A stretch of 64,000 bases of DNA from Octopus bimaculoides (taxonomy: Eukaryota): the NCBI RefSeq assembly GCF_001194135.2, contig NC_068984.1, positions 99,457,333 through 99,521,332 on the forward strand. Reading direction: 5' to 3'. Both the position numbers and the translations under genes were made by a program. This document shows, in pieces, positions 52,966-64,000 of this stretch; within the stretch, counting starts at the first letter, position 1, and each line of letters opens with the position of its first letter. Below the pieces are notes generated by a model. The model ran no database searches. It was not told the origin of the DNA and was given only the letters and a program-made list of their open reading frames with translations.

Positions 52966-54180
52966 TTTGTGTGTGAGTGTGTATGAGAGAGAAAGAGTAA
53001 ATACTACATACACACCGCTCTCTCACTCTGTCTCACACACATACACACGCACCCACACACCCCTTGACTCACTCACACTCTGTCTCTTACAAACACACAC
53101 ATACATAAATGTATACAAACATATTTACAAAGACACACGTGTGTATGCGCGCGCGTGCGTGTTTGTAAGAGACAGAGTGCGAGTGAGTCAAGGGCTGTGT
53201 TGTCATATGCATACATCCAAAGATGTATGTATATTTATGCATGTACGTATACATGACAACAAACCTCTCTCTCGCACTCACTCTGTCTCTTACAAACACA
53301 CACATACATAAATGTATAGAAANNNNNNNNNNNNNNNNNNNNNNNNNNNNNNNNNNNNNNNNNNNNNNNNNNNNNNNNNNNNNNNNNNNNNNNNNNNNNN
53401 NNNNNNNNNNNNNNNNNNNNNNNNNNNNNNNNNNNNNNNNNNNNNNNNNNNNNNNNNNNNNNNNNNNNNNNNNNNNNNNNNNNNNNNNNNNNNNNNNNNN
53501 NNNNNNNNNNNNNNNNNNNNNNNNNNNNNNNNNNNNNNNNNNNNNNNNNNNNNNNNNNNNNNNNNNNNNNNNNNNNNNNNNNNNNNNNNNNNNNNNNNNN
53601 NNNACACACGCACACATACATCCAAAAATGATGGATGCATATGACAACACACCCCTTGACTCACTCACATTCTGTCTCTTACAAACACACACATACATAA
53701 ATATATACAAACATATTTACAAAGACACACGTGTGTATGCGCGTGTGTGCTGTGTGTGTGTGAGAGAGAGAGAGATACAGACAGACAGACAGAGAGAGAG
53801 AGACAGAGCCAGTGAAGGGGTGTGTCGACAATTATACGTACATACATAAATAGTCATACATTTCTTGTACGTATGTGTGTGTGTGAGAGAGAGAAAGTCA
53901 CTGAAACATCTCTATGTCTGTCTGTCTCTCTCTCTCACACACACACGTGCAGATATACACACAGAAAAGATGTATGCATATGTATTTATGTATGTACGTA
54001 GACATCACAACACACCCCTTCACTCACACACATACAGAAACACACATGTGAGCGTGTGATTCACTATGAATACATAGAGCTGAACACGGCGTGCCAACAA
54101 AAAAAAAAATAATAGAAAATTTATTTACGGAAATTAACGAAGTGTCCGAGTTCGGAACGAAATCAAACCTGGAGTATGTG

Positions 54181-54221
<41 letters not shown>

Positions 54222-54384
54222 ATTGCAAAGAATGAATGAGATGAACATTTAACGCCCAAAAATCGTATAAATAAAAGCACGTTAAAAACTATCTTGTACG
54301 GAATATTTAAATTTATGAACTTCGTAAATATGTGTTTCAGTAATTGATCGTAGTTGTTTACAGAAAGCGAACATTAAAAGTAGA

Positions 54385-54636
54385 GAGTGAGAGACGTCGC
54401 CGTTTTTTCACGTCCGTACCGAAAGTTGACATTGAGAAACCTTTTTAAAGAAGTGAATCTTAAATATAAAGCAGTATCATTTATTTTTAATTAGAGATAA
54501 AAAAAAATCAAATGAAGAGCCTAAGATTTATCCGAGGTCAAATTATTTATGTATCACAAGTATGGAAGTAAATAGTGAAGCCGTTTTCACGTGAAAAGCG
54601 ATTACACACACACTTCTGTTTTATATATAGTATAGA
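54385..54636 (-). mobile_element. Helitron 5' terminal segment, inverted relative to 52736
   Basis: Minus strand a|TCTATACTATATATAAAACAGAAG...aataatttgacctcggataaatcttaggctcttcatttgattt. Confidence 0.75.
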
Positions 54637-54821
54637 TATATATTTTATTGGACCTTCACAGAAATAATGTCCACTTTCTGGCATCAGAAAGAATATTAAC
54701 TTAGCTTATAACTATATGTACTGTCTTAAAACACAGACATAGCTATCTATAATGATCTAATTAATTTTGCTTAATTAGTCCATGTTGTTAGAGTTTCGAT
54801 TAGGAAGCAAATATTTAATAA

Positions 54822-55060
54822 ATGTGGAAGTGGATTGGTAGCACAATTAGAAAGGACACACCAAATGTAGCGAAAAGTGCTTTACAGTGGAATCCGGATG
54901 GATATAGAAAGAGGAGTAGGCCTAAGAACTCGTGGTGTAGATCAACACAAAAGGAACTAGAGAAAGGAGGACATTCATGGCAGAGTATAAGTACAGAAGC
55001 GAAAAATTATGCGACATGGAATTCAATTATAAGTGGCCTATACTCCGCGTTGGAGAGTTA
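54822..55060 (+). mobile_element. RTE-like LINE C-terminal fragment
   Basis: WKWIGSTIRKDTPNVAKSALQWNPDGYRKRSRPKNSW, typical RTE C-terminus (W.WIGH.LRK.....AL.WNP.G.RKRGRP..TW). Confidence 0.75.
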
Positions 55061-55749
55061 AAGGCAAGAAAGAAAGAAGTTAGAGTATGCACTGTAGTTC
55101 AAATGAAACTGGCCAGTTTAGCTGAGTCCTTCTGATAAGCTGTTATTTTCTCTGTAGACAGACGGTTGAAAATAAAAAAAATTGTGGTGTAAATAATTGT
55201 TTTTGCTCATCAAATCCAAATACTGTTGCATTGGAAATGTTACACTCCTCCTATGGGACAAGTGGTATGAGTCAGTCACTATAAAGTGAGACAACATCAA
55301 CCAGTACAGGGAGTCATGTGTCAGTCATCATAGAGTTGTTGTACAAGTTCTCAGTTGGAGTTAAGTGTCAGTTATGTGTTATAGATGAGTTTAAGTCACA
55401 GTCAAGGTAGATGGTTCAAACTCAGTGTCTTGCAGAGCTATCAGTGATAGCATGATAGATGAAGTGGTGTATTACTATTCTAATATAAAAAAGATACACT
55501 GTATCTGATACCAAGAAAATATTATGGCGAGTAGAGTAGATACAACAGCTACAGTCACAACAGTGGCCACACATTATAACTGGAAAACACCACATCTCAA
55601 CAAATACCCAAATAGTGGGCTGGGAAAAGGGTAAAAGAGTAATCTGTCTATCTTTCTTACTGTCTGTCTCTATCTGTATATATATTTCAATTGGTTTTGC
55701 ACCATATATTACAGATAATAGGGCAGTTATGTAGTGATGCCTGGTTCCA

Positions 55750-55830
55750 GTCGCCATTTTGGGATTTTCATCCATGCATGCACAGGAATTAGAGCCTTCC
55801 AGAAGCCACTTATGCGCATGCGCAGTCATC
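55750..55830 (-). promoter_or_regulatory. Promoter-like island: NRF1 palindrome plus YY1-type motif
   Basis: TGCGCATGCGCA at 55813-55824; minus-strand CAAAATGGCG at 55752-55761 (ATG at 55757); locally CpG-enriched unique sequence. Confidence 0.55.
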
Positions 55831-57089
55831 ATCAGCTGCTAGGCTTGACCGCTATTCTCTCTTTTCGCCCCGGTTTCTGACCGAGACACACGCATCTTGA
55901 CCAGATCCATGTAGCTGGAATTCTGAAGACATCACATGACATTGGCTAACCTGTGAAGAATGCCTTCACAATTGTGATTAAACCGATTTTGCTGCTTCCA
56001 CACCAAGGCGACCTGGCTGCTGATTGTCCCAAGATGTAACACTTGTACAGCCGAAAAATAAAGATTGTTATTTTGTTCGGATATTCTTGTTCTGCTATTT
56101 TCCTTCCACGTTTATGTAAAGAATTGTGAGGCACCCATCCAGTGCCAACCTCACTTCCTACAATTGGTGACCCCTGACTAAGGACATTAGCAGCTAAGAT
56201 TCTAACTAGTGCCTGTTTTCACAATGGTGAAAGGAAAAACAGAGCTTTTCGACTAACGCCAAATTCACACGTCTGTCTATGCTTGCATTATTTCTTCATC
56301 TGACGCAACAATTTGAACAGAAAAACACAGACCAACGCCGACACCACGTGCTCATAATCAGGGTTGTGGAGCCATGTGCTTCTACAGGATTTTTTCAACT
56401 ACTATTTTTAGCAGTGACATTAACCTTTTGACTTTTGTCTTATAGCAAAATTCATTTTTCCAGCTTCTCAAGAAAAAAGACAGCAGTGCCTGTTTTTCTG
56501 ATATGTACTCTTAGACTGTAATTTTGNNNNNNNNNNNNNNNNNNNNNNNNNNNNNNNNNNNNNNNNNNNNNNNNNNNNNNNNNNNNNNNNNNNNNNNNNN
56601 NNNNNNNNNNNNNNNNNNNNNNNNNNNNNNNNNNNNNNNNNNNNNNNNNNNNNNNNNNNNNNNNNNNNNNNNNNNNNNNNNNNNNNNNNNNNNNNNNNNN
56701 NNNNNNNNNNNNNNNNNNNNNNNNNNNNNNNNNNNNNNNNNNNNNNNNNNNNNNNNNNNNNNNNNNNNNNNNNNNNNNNNNNNNNNNNNNNNNNNNNNNN
56801 NNNNNNNNNNNNNNNNNNNNNNNNNNNNNNNNNNNNNNNNNNNNNNNNNNNNNNNNNNNNNNNNNNNNNNNNNNNNNNNNNNNNNNNNNNNNNNNNNNNN
56901 NNNNNNNNNNNNNNNNNNNNNNNNNNNNNNNNNNNNNNNNNNNNNNNNNNNNNNNNNNNNNNNNNNNNNNNNNNNNNNNNNNNNNNNNNNNNNNNNNNNN
57001 NNNNNNNNNNNNNNNNNNNNNNNNNNNNNNNNNNNNNNNNNNNNNNNNNNNNNNNNNNNNNNNNNNNNNNNNATATATATATATATACA

Positions 57090-57930
57090 CAGGGTGCAGT
57101 GAATAAACTGTTGGTAAATTATGCAAAAAGGAAAATAGCACTAACATCTCATTTTAACAGATGTATTTACCAAAATTACATAAAAATATCTTGAAATACT
57201 AAAGAGTAAATTTATTCAATAAAATTGCCATTGGCTTCAGCCGCGGCCTCCTGATGATTTCAGAATTTCCTGCAACTCTTCTGGACGGTCTCCTTGTTTC
57301 AGTTGGTAAATGCTGCCATAATTATTGCTTTCAGTTCATCTTTGGTGTTGCAAGGAGTTTTGTTGGTCTCTCGCTCAACTGTATCCCATACATAGTAATC
57401 AAGGGGATTGCAGTTTGGGGAGTTAGGTGGCCAGATGTTAGGGGTGATATACTCACAGAAATTGTCTGGCAGCCATGACTGGGTTCTCCTGCTTGTGTAG
57501 CATGGTGCAGAATCCTGTTGCCAGACATAGGGTTTTCCAGCAGTTAAACTCTTGACCCAGAGCAGCACTACCTCCAGCCACTCAATGTCGGCCTCCATGT
57601 TGAGTTTGAGGCCATGTGGGAAGAGGAATGGAGGCATAACGTTTGCATCACTAGTGATCATTCCAAACACCATGATGCTGACTGAATGTTTGATTTTTAT
57701 CACTGCCGCTAAATGTTTGTATTGGTGCATGTTCATATTGGAGCTTCCAACACTTTGTATTGGAGATTTTGGTGTGAATGCCAAGCAGAACATCATGTTG
57801 TTTCCAAATTTCTGGCAGAGTGAATTGTGTCATGGTGTTGTTTTTCTCATAGATGGTGCCCAACTGAACATACTACACTGTGAGTAAAATTAAAAATATA
57901 AAATGGTGACAATTTACTCATTGCACCCTG
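57090..57930 (-). mobile_element. Internally deleted maT/DD37D-like Tc1/mariner element
   Basis: TIRs cagggtgcagtgaataaa / tttactcattgcaccctg; ORF with VMPPFLF...YVWQQDSAPCYTS...WPPNSPNCNPLDYYVW. Confidence 0.85.
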
Positions 57931-59069
57931 TGTATGTGTATATATATGGATATGTGTGTGCTTGTATGCATGTATGTATGTATCTATCTGTGTGTGTCTT
58001 TGTGACTGTGTTTTTCTTCCCATCACCATTTGACAACTGGTGTTGGTGAGTCTATGTTCCTCGTGAGTTAGTGGTTCAACAAGAAAGAGAATGATAGAAT
58101 GAGTACTGGGTTTAAGAAATAAGTCCTGGGGTCAGTTTACTCAACTAAAGACCCTTCAAGGCAATACTCTAGCATGCTCACAGTCAAATGACTGAAACGA
58201 GTAAAAAAGTAAAAGAATATACATGGACACACACACACGTGTGTGTATATGTATATATTTACGTACACAAATATACATATACACACACAAATATATATAT
58301 ATATAGCTTAATGTTCTGTTAAGGTAGGATCAGCAGAAAAAAGTACTTTATCCATGGGGAGATAAATATTATTTACTGTACACTATATTAATGTAAGTTC
58401 TACTAACAGTTCCTTGCCATTGTGACATGTGGTTAGGCAGATTGTGTATCACACAAGCAGTGTTATAAAACCTGCCTAAACCATGTGTCTCAATAGCAAG
58501 AAACTATTAGTAACTCTTATTTTATTACAGTTTACATTAAACGATACTCACACACACACACATATATGAGAAAGAAATTTAGTCATATTATTACAACATG
58601 GACTTAATGGATAGACATTTTGCTGAAGTATTTGTGGCCAGTATGAGTAAATTATAGAATATTCTGTTTTAACATTGAGGTCAAATTTGTGAGTTGTTAC
58701 AATCACTTCACTGAAACAATGCACATGTGTGTGTGTGTAAATGTGCACACAACATGACAGATATAATATATTCATAAATGTGTCCATATATGTGAAGTAT
58801 GTGTTGAAAATTATTTTTCTTTCATTTTTTTTTCTCTCTTTTGTTTACTATCATTTCTATATTTTTCTTTTACCAAATTCCATCTGAGTATTGATCAGAG
58901 ACAGTGGGTTGTGGGGTAGTGGGTGCATGGACATCCAGGGTTGAGGATACTGTTATATAATGATGTCATAATCAGTGAAATAGCAGACAGTGTAGAACCA
59001 GGGAGTGGTAATTATATACGTTGTGGTGTTTACTTCATATCCTTTTATGGTATGAGCTTGTAGTAATGC

Positions 59070-59210
59070 CGTGCGCATGCGTAGTCTCACGCATGCGTGG
59101 AATTCAACATCCAAGCTTTCCCGCTTTATTCTGTCTCTTTCTTACTGGCCAGCGATTGAGCATGAATGTGTCTAGCTCGCTCCATCTTTCGAACTTACGC
59201 TAGACAGCTC
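59070..59210. promoter_or_regulatory. Promoter-like island with two NRF1-type GCGCATGCG elements
   Basis: TGCGCATGCGTA at 59072-59083 and palindrome CACGCATGCGTG at 59088-59099 in CpG-enriched unique sequence. Confidence 0.5.
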
Positions 59211-60419
59211 ACATCAACATACCAACGTCCCAACAACCATGTTCTCACACACAGAAGGCGTCTCAACAAACAAGATTAAAGCTGTATATTTTCCACCATA
59301 AAATAAATATTGTTGAGTTGATGGTTTGGAGTTCTGCGTTCCGTTCATTCTAATTTAATATAGGAAAGCAGGTGTACATCTAATGATGTATAACCCACTT
59401 TCCTATAAGCTCATACCTTGTTAAGGTTTCTCGGGTGGTGGGTCTTTAAACTTTCAACAAAATATCTTGTGGTGTTTACATAATACCCCTTTATATTCTG
59501 AGTTCAAATCTCATCAAGGTGAACTTTATACCGTTCCTTTTTTTGAGGTTGATAAAATAAAGTACCACTCAAGTACATAAGTGATGCATCCTAGATAAGA
59601 ATGGAATTAATAAGGCACACTATGTCTTACATTACCTGCCATCTTTTCCAGTGTTGGTAAAATAATGCACCAGTCTAATACTGAGTCTACTGAGTGAATT
59701 TGAATGATAGCCAGATTTTAGGTCTTCTGTTTGTCTTACAAACCATTATGCCGGCAGTTAGTAGAAACTCTAGAAATAGCAACCAAATTTCCCTCAAATT
59801 ACATGCTATTTCTTAAGTAAGGAAGGGCATTTAAAATTTTGTAATATTAACTGTATGTGTCAGTTAATATTACACTTTGTGGAGTCATTGGCATTAGAAA
59901 CCAAGCCAAAACAGACTGGAGCCTGGTGCAGCTCTCTGGCTTACCAGTTCCAGTCAAACTGTCTAATCCATGTCAGCATGGAATATGGACACATGAAGAT
60001 GGTGATTGTGATGATGATGATGAACTATGTTAAGATGGCAAGGTGAAAGAATTGTTAGCACACAGGCAAAATGTTTTACGGCATTTCATCTGTCTTTATT
60101 TATGTTCTGAGTTCAAATGACACCAAAATCAACATTGCCTTTCATCCTTTCAGGATCGAATAAATAAGTAATTGTTGAGCACTGGGGTTGATTTAATCAA
60201 CTTAGTCCCTTCACACAAACCACTGTAAAACCACAGTGTAACCATCGTATGAAACCAATGTTAACTACATGTTCATTTTGTTTTTAAATTAAATGGTTAA
60301 TCATGGCTGGAGCACCTTTTGTTATAGGTTTGATGGATCAGAACTAACCTAGAGTTAAATAACAACAATAAAGAAGGGCACATTAGATAATGTAGCTCTA
60401 GATATACTATGTCTGAATA

Positions 60420-61686
60420 TCAGGTTGAATAAAAAGTAAGCAACATTTTGAACCATAAAGAATTTGTACTGAATTTTTGCAGAGTTTTGAATTTTTTAAA
60501 AACATTTTTTTGTCATTGCCTGATAATGCAGACTTGCCCAAATGCATCAATAAATTAGCATTGATAGTTTTTTCACCGTTGTTACAATCATTTGAAAAGG
60601 AACTGTCAAAGTGCAATATTTGAGCAATTTTGCTATTCAACTACAAAAAAGGATGTAAAGCAGCTGAAAGTGCTTATGATTTCAACAAAACATTTGGTGA
60701 GGAAATGACCAGTGAATGGACAGCTCAGAAATGGTTTAAACGATTTTGCTGTGGAGACCTGTGCCTTGAAGATTGTGAGCATAGTAGACGGTCATCTGTC
60801 ATCAATGACAGTCAATTAAAGACCGTCATTGAGAAAGATTCACATAAAACCACTTGAGAAAGATTCACATAAAACTGTCAAAAGAACTTCAAGTTAGCCA
60901 GAAAACTGCCTGCAACCTTTTGCAAATGATTGGAAAATCAAAAAAGCTTGACAAATGGGTACCACTTGATTTGAATGAAAATCAAAATGCACAGATATGA
61001 GATTTGCTTGTCGCTTCTTCTCAATAACCAGACCGATCCATTTCTTGACCGTGTTGTAACTTGCAACAGAAAGTGGGTTCTGTACATTAATAATAAATGT
61101 TCTTCATAGTGGTTGGACCAAAATGAAGCACCGAAAACCTTCCCTAAACCTGAGCTCTTGAAAAAGAAGGTTATGGTGACTTTTTGTGGTGCATTGTTGG
61201 ACTCATCCACTATAACTTCTTAAAACCATTACTGCAGAAACATATTGCCATGAAATTGCCCAAATGAATGAAAACCTGCTACTCTTCCATCCCAGACTGA
61301 TCATTAGAAGAGCCAGTCATTCTTTATGACAATGCTTGACCACACGTTTCACTAATGATGCTCCAGAAGTTGAGGGAACTTGACTAAGAAGTTCTTCCTT
61401 ACCCAGACCTTTCTCCTATTGACAACCACTTTTTCAAGCACCTTGATGGTTTCTTGTGAGAGAATGAGTTCAAAAATCAAACCGATGCTGAAAGTGCATT
61501 CAACGCATTCATCAGCTCCAGAACTCCAGATTTTTATGTTAACAGAATAAACAAACTTATAACTCATTGGCAAAAATGTGTTGTTTGTAATGGTACTTAC
61601 TTTGATGAATAAAATTTCAACATTGTTGAAATATATTGTGATGAATTTCATGTTCCAAAACGTTGCTTACTTTTTACTCAGCCTGA
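60420..61686 (+). mobile_element. Full-length but inactivated mariner element (~1.27 kb)
   Basis: TA-flanked TIRs tcaggttgaataaaaagtaagcaac / gttgcttactttttactcagcctga; LFNYKKGCKAAESA..., KLDKWVPLDL, PDLSPIDNHFF; stops and frameshifts. Confidence 0.9.
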
Positions 61687-63844
61687 TAAAACACAGAATG
61701 ACCATAGCTTGAACGTTTTTCATCATCAGTTTGTTGGATCAGATCTGACCTGGGGCTAAAAACAGTAGCAACAACAACAGCAAGGAAAATGTGGTCTTAG
61801 GTACACTGTGTGTGAGTGAATGAATGACTGTATAATGACAGCTTTCATCATAGCTTTACTGGACCAGGTCTGACCTGGGGCTAAAGAAATTCAAGTTAGA
61901 ACACAACAAAGAAGCTTCTGGATGATTGTTTCAAATAACAGAATAACAGAAATAACAGCTAAATCTTCCCTCAAATCATACCCTATTTTCTTATATGAGG
62001 AAGGGCATATTGAATCACATAGTCATACATTACATTAAGTCTTTTAAAAACACGGAGGCACATGACTTAGAGGTTAGAGTAATGGACTCATGGTTGTAAA
62101 ATTGTGGTTTTGATTCCTGGACCTGGCAATGCATCATGTTCTTAAACAAAACACTTCATTTCATGTTGCTCCAGTCCACTCAGCTGGTGAAAATGAGTTG
62201 TACCTGTGACAGGGTGGCATCTTGGCATCATGGAAACCAGGTAAACAGCTCTATGAGCCTACAAGACTTAGCAAGAATTTCTTAAAAGCATTCGACTAAT
62301 CACAACTGAAACACCTTTCAGCATAGATTGTTGTTTCTTATAACAGAAGTGGGTTGCTATGAGAATTGAAAAGGGGAGAGTCATCAAAGGTTGTTTTAAA
62401 CTTTTCCAGTAGCATGGTGAAGAAAGAAGAATTATTTGGTGGTAAACTCTACTTTATCTTTTCATTAATAAAGGCAAAGTGGCCAGGGAACAGAAATTTC
62501 ACTAATATATATTTTATGTATTTATTTTTGTGTTGGGTAGCATGTACCTGTCAGTTTGATAACCATTGTGATCATTCTACTCTATCAGGGTTGGTTGGAG
62601 ATTAAACATTATCATCATCTTCATCATCACCATCGCCATCACATCATTATTATCAGCATCATCATCATCCCCATCATTATCATCCTCATCTTCAAAAACA
62701 GACACTGGACCTTTTGGATTCTGTCAAACCATCCAACCCATGCCAGCATGGAACTTGGATGTTAAATGATGATGATGATGAAAATGATGATGATGGATGA
62801 CAAACTCCATCAACAACAACCACTACCATTAGCATTGATGCTGTCATCACTGTCAACTTTGTTTTGACGTCTGTTATTCCTTCATTGACACGGTGTGTGT
62901 GTGTGTGTGTGCACATGTGCATACTAGTGGAAGATGTACAGTATATCACCAGACATCTCAATTCTTGACCTAATTTGTGAGACCAAACATTTTGAGGTTG
63001 ACTCTTCCTTTTCTCGTGTTTCTGTCAATCTGCTTGACTCTCTGTCTGTCTCTCTCTCTCTCTCTCTCTTACACACATGCACACACAAACACACACACAC
63101 ACTCTCCAGAGTCATCTACTGAAACAACCTCTAACAGGAGATGTCATCCATTCACTGATATAGCCACCTCTCCTAACTGCATTACCTTCAATGTCTTTAA
63201 AACCAAAACATATTCTCAAATGAAATGCAACCCTATATTGCTTGGTACTACACACACGTGACGCATCAAAGTTACTTATTTCTGCACAATCACTGTAAGG
63301 GAGAATTTTTGCTAACACAATGAGAAACTATAATGATTTTACATAATAAGCAAGTGTTATGTAGAATTTATGTCTACAACCAAAGATTGTTTTCATCTCA
63401 TTTCTCCCCTTAACCACCCTTCTATTTGACTGTTCCCTCTGCTTCCTTCCACCCCTTCCTTTTCTTTTCAGCTTTTAATAATTTCGTTAGATGAGGATAA
63501 ACAGCATTTACGACTTTTCTGAGTTTTCATGTGAACTGGGTGGAAGACCAGGTACCTTATCCAAAACAAAGTCGATGTAGCTAAAGGCATTGAAAGAACA
63601 AGTGGTGGTAGGTAGTGTTAAACTGGACAATGGATCATGTTCACCACACAAGAAAGATGCATTCCCTCCAACAATCTATTCTATTCTAGTTATAGAATTT
63701 CCCTCTCGCTGCTTTTGTTAACCTGTGGTTGTGGTAGAAACACTACAAAACCTTGTTTTAAAAACTAACTCTCAATCCAAATGATTATATCTTCTGATAT
63801 GTTTGCATCAATTGAATCCATGTTCTTCTGTTTTTGTTTTCTAG

Positions 63845-63987
63845 GCCTGGAGACAGGACTGGAGAGGATTTAGACTTAATTTACTGTCGTCTCAAAGAAA
63901 TCCAAGCATTTGATAAATTTCACCCAATGCTCTTACATCAGATCTGCATTGTTGGTTACTATGAGGACCTGGAGAAAGGTGTTACCT
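63845..63987 (+). CDS. RAPGEF4: Epac / Rap guanine nucleotide exchange factor 4-like, exon encoding the start of the N-terminal cNMP-binding domain (CNBD-A)
   Basis: Acceptor ttctgtttttgttttctag, donor ACCT|gtaagt; 143 nt, phase 2 to 1; (R)[47 protein letters not shown](L) closely matches human Epac2 [49 protein letters not shown] as recalled. Confidence 0.93.
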
Positions 63988-64000
63988 GTAAGTAATCATA

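Noticed and set aside
4192-57147. Long ORFs containing X runs (e.g. 23562-24836, 51849-52751, 56452-57147)
   Set aside because: They are open only because N bases contain no stops; artefacts of assembly gaps.
59237-59283. accATG ORF MFSHTEGVSTNKIKA as Epac exon 1
   Set aside because: Weak donor (gtatat), phase 0 rather than the required phase 2, and no WIxCLDK motif.
59418-59500. Minus-strand segment ending in strong donor AAG|gtatga
   Set aside because: The upstream part is a SINE remnant (gatttgaactcagaat); no supported acceptor or protein similarity.
8484-62290. tRNA-like A/B-box sequences
   Set aside because: All are SINE heads without a complete cloverleaf; not called as tRNA genes.

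Overview
AT-rich, repeat-dense animal genomic DNA with seven N-gaps (4282-4855, 5990-5999, 23949-24665, 44431-44845, 51918-52732, 53323-53603, 56527-57072). The SINE families and microsatellite style point to an octopus/coleoid cephalopod; this is inferred from recalled repeat families, not from a search. Almost all of the ORF track is noise: ORFs through N runs, microsatellites or decayed transposons. One protein-coding exon is securely recognisable and is missed by the track: 63845-63987 (+), encoding the N-terminal cyclic-nucleotide-binding domain of Epac/RAPGEF4. I also found 3-4 phase-compatible minus-strand exon candidates (16612-16682, 11284-11393, 2136-2216, possibly 1953-1996) of an unidentified gene running off the left edge. 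Two promoter-like islands with NRF1-type palindromes (about 55.8 kb and 59.1 kb) lie between the two genes. The rest is decayed mobile DNA: RTE, R4/Dong-like and HERO-like LINEs, Penelope-like pieces (one with a minimal hammerhead-like motif), tRNA-derived SINEs, mariner and maT-type Tc1/mariner elements, hAT/piggyBac/Tc1 MITEs, an internally deleted Helitron and Helentron-type non-autonomous elements. I found no intact transposase or RT ORF, no prokaryotic feature or CRISPR array, and no securely supported novel system. The best leads are the unannotated spliced gene, the hammerhead-like motif and the TAA-repeat-associated LINE/SINE clustering. Repeat boundaries are by eye and approximate unless a TIR or TSD is quoted.
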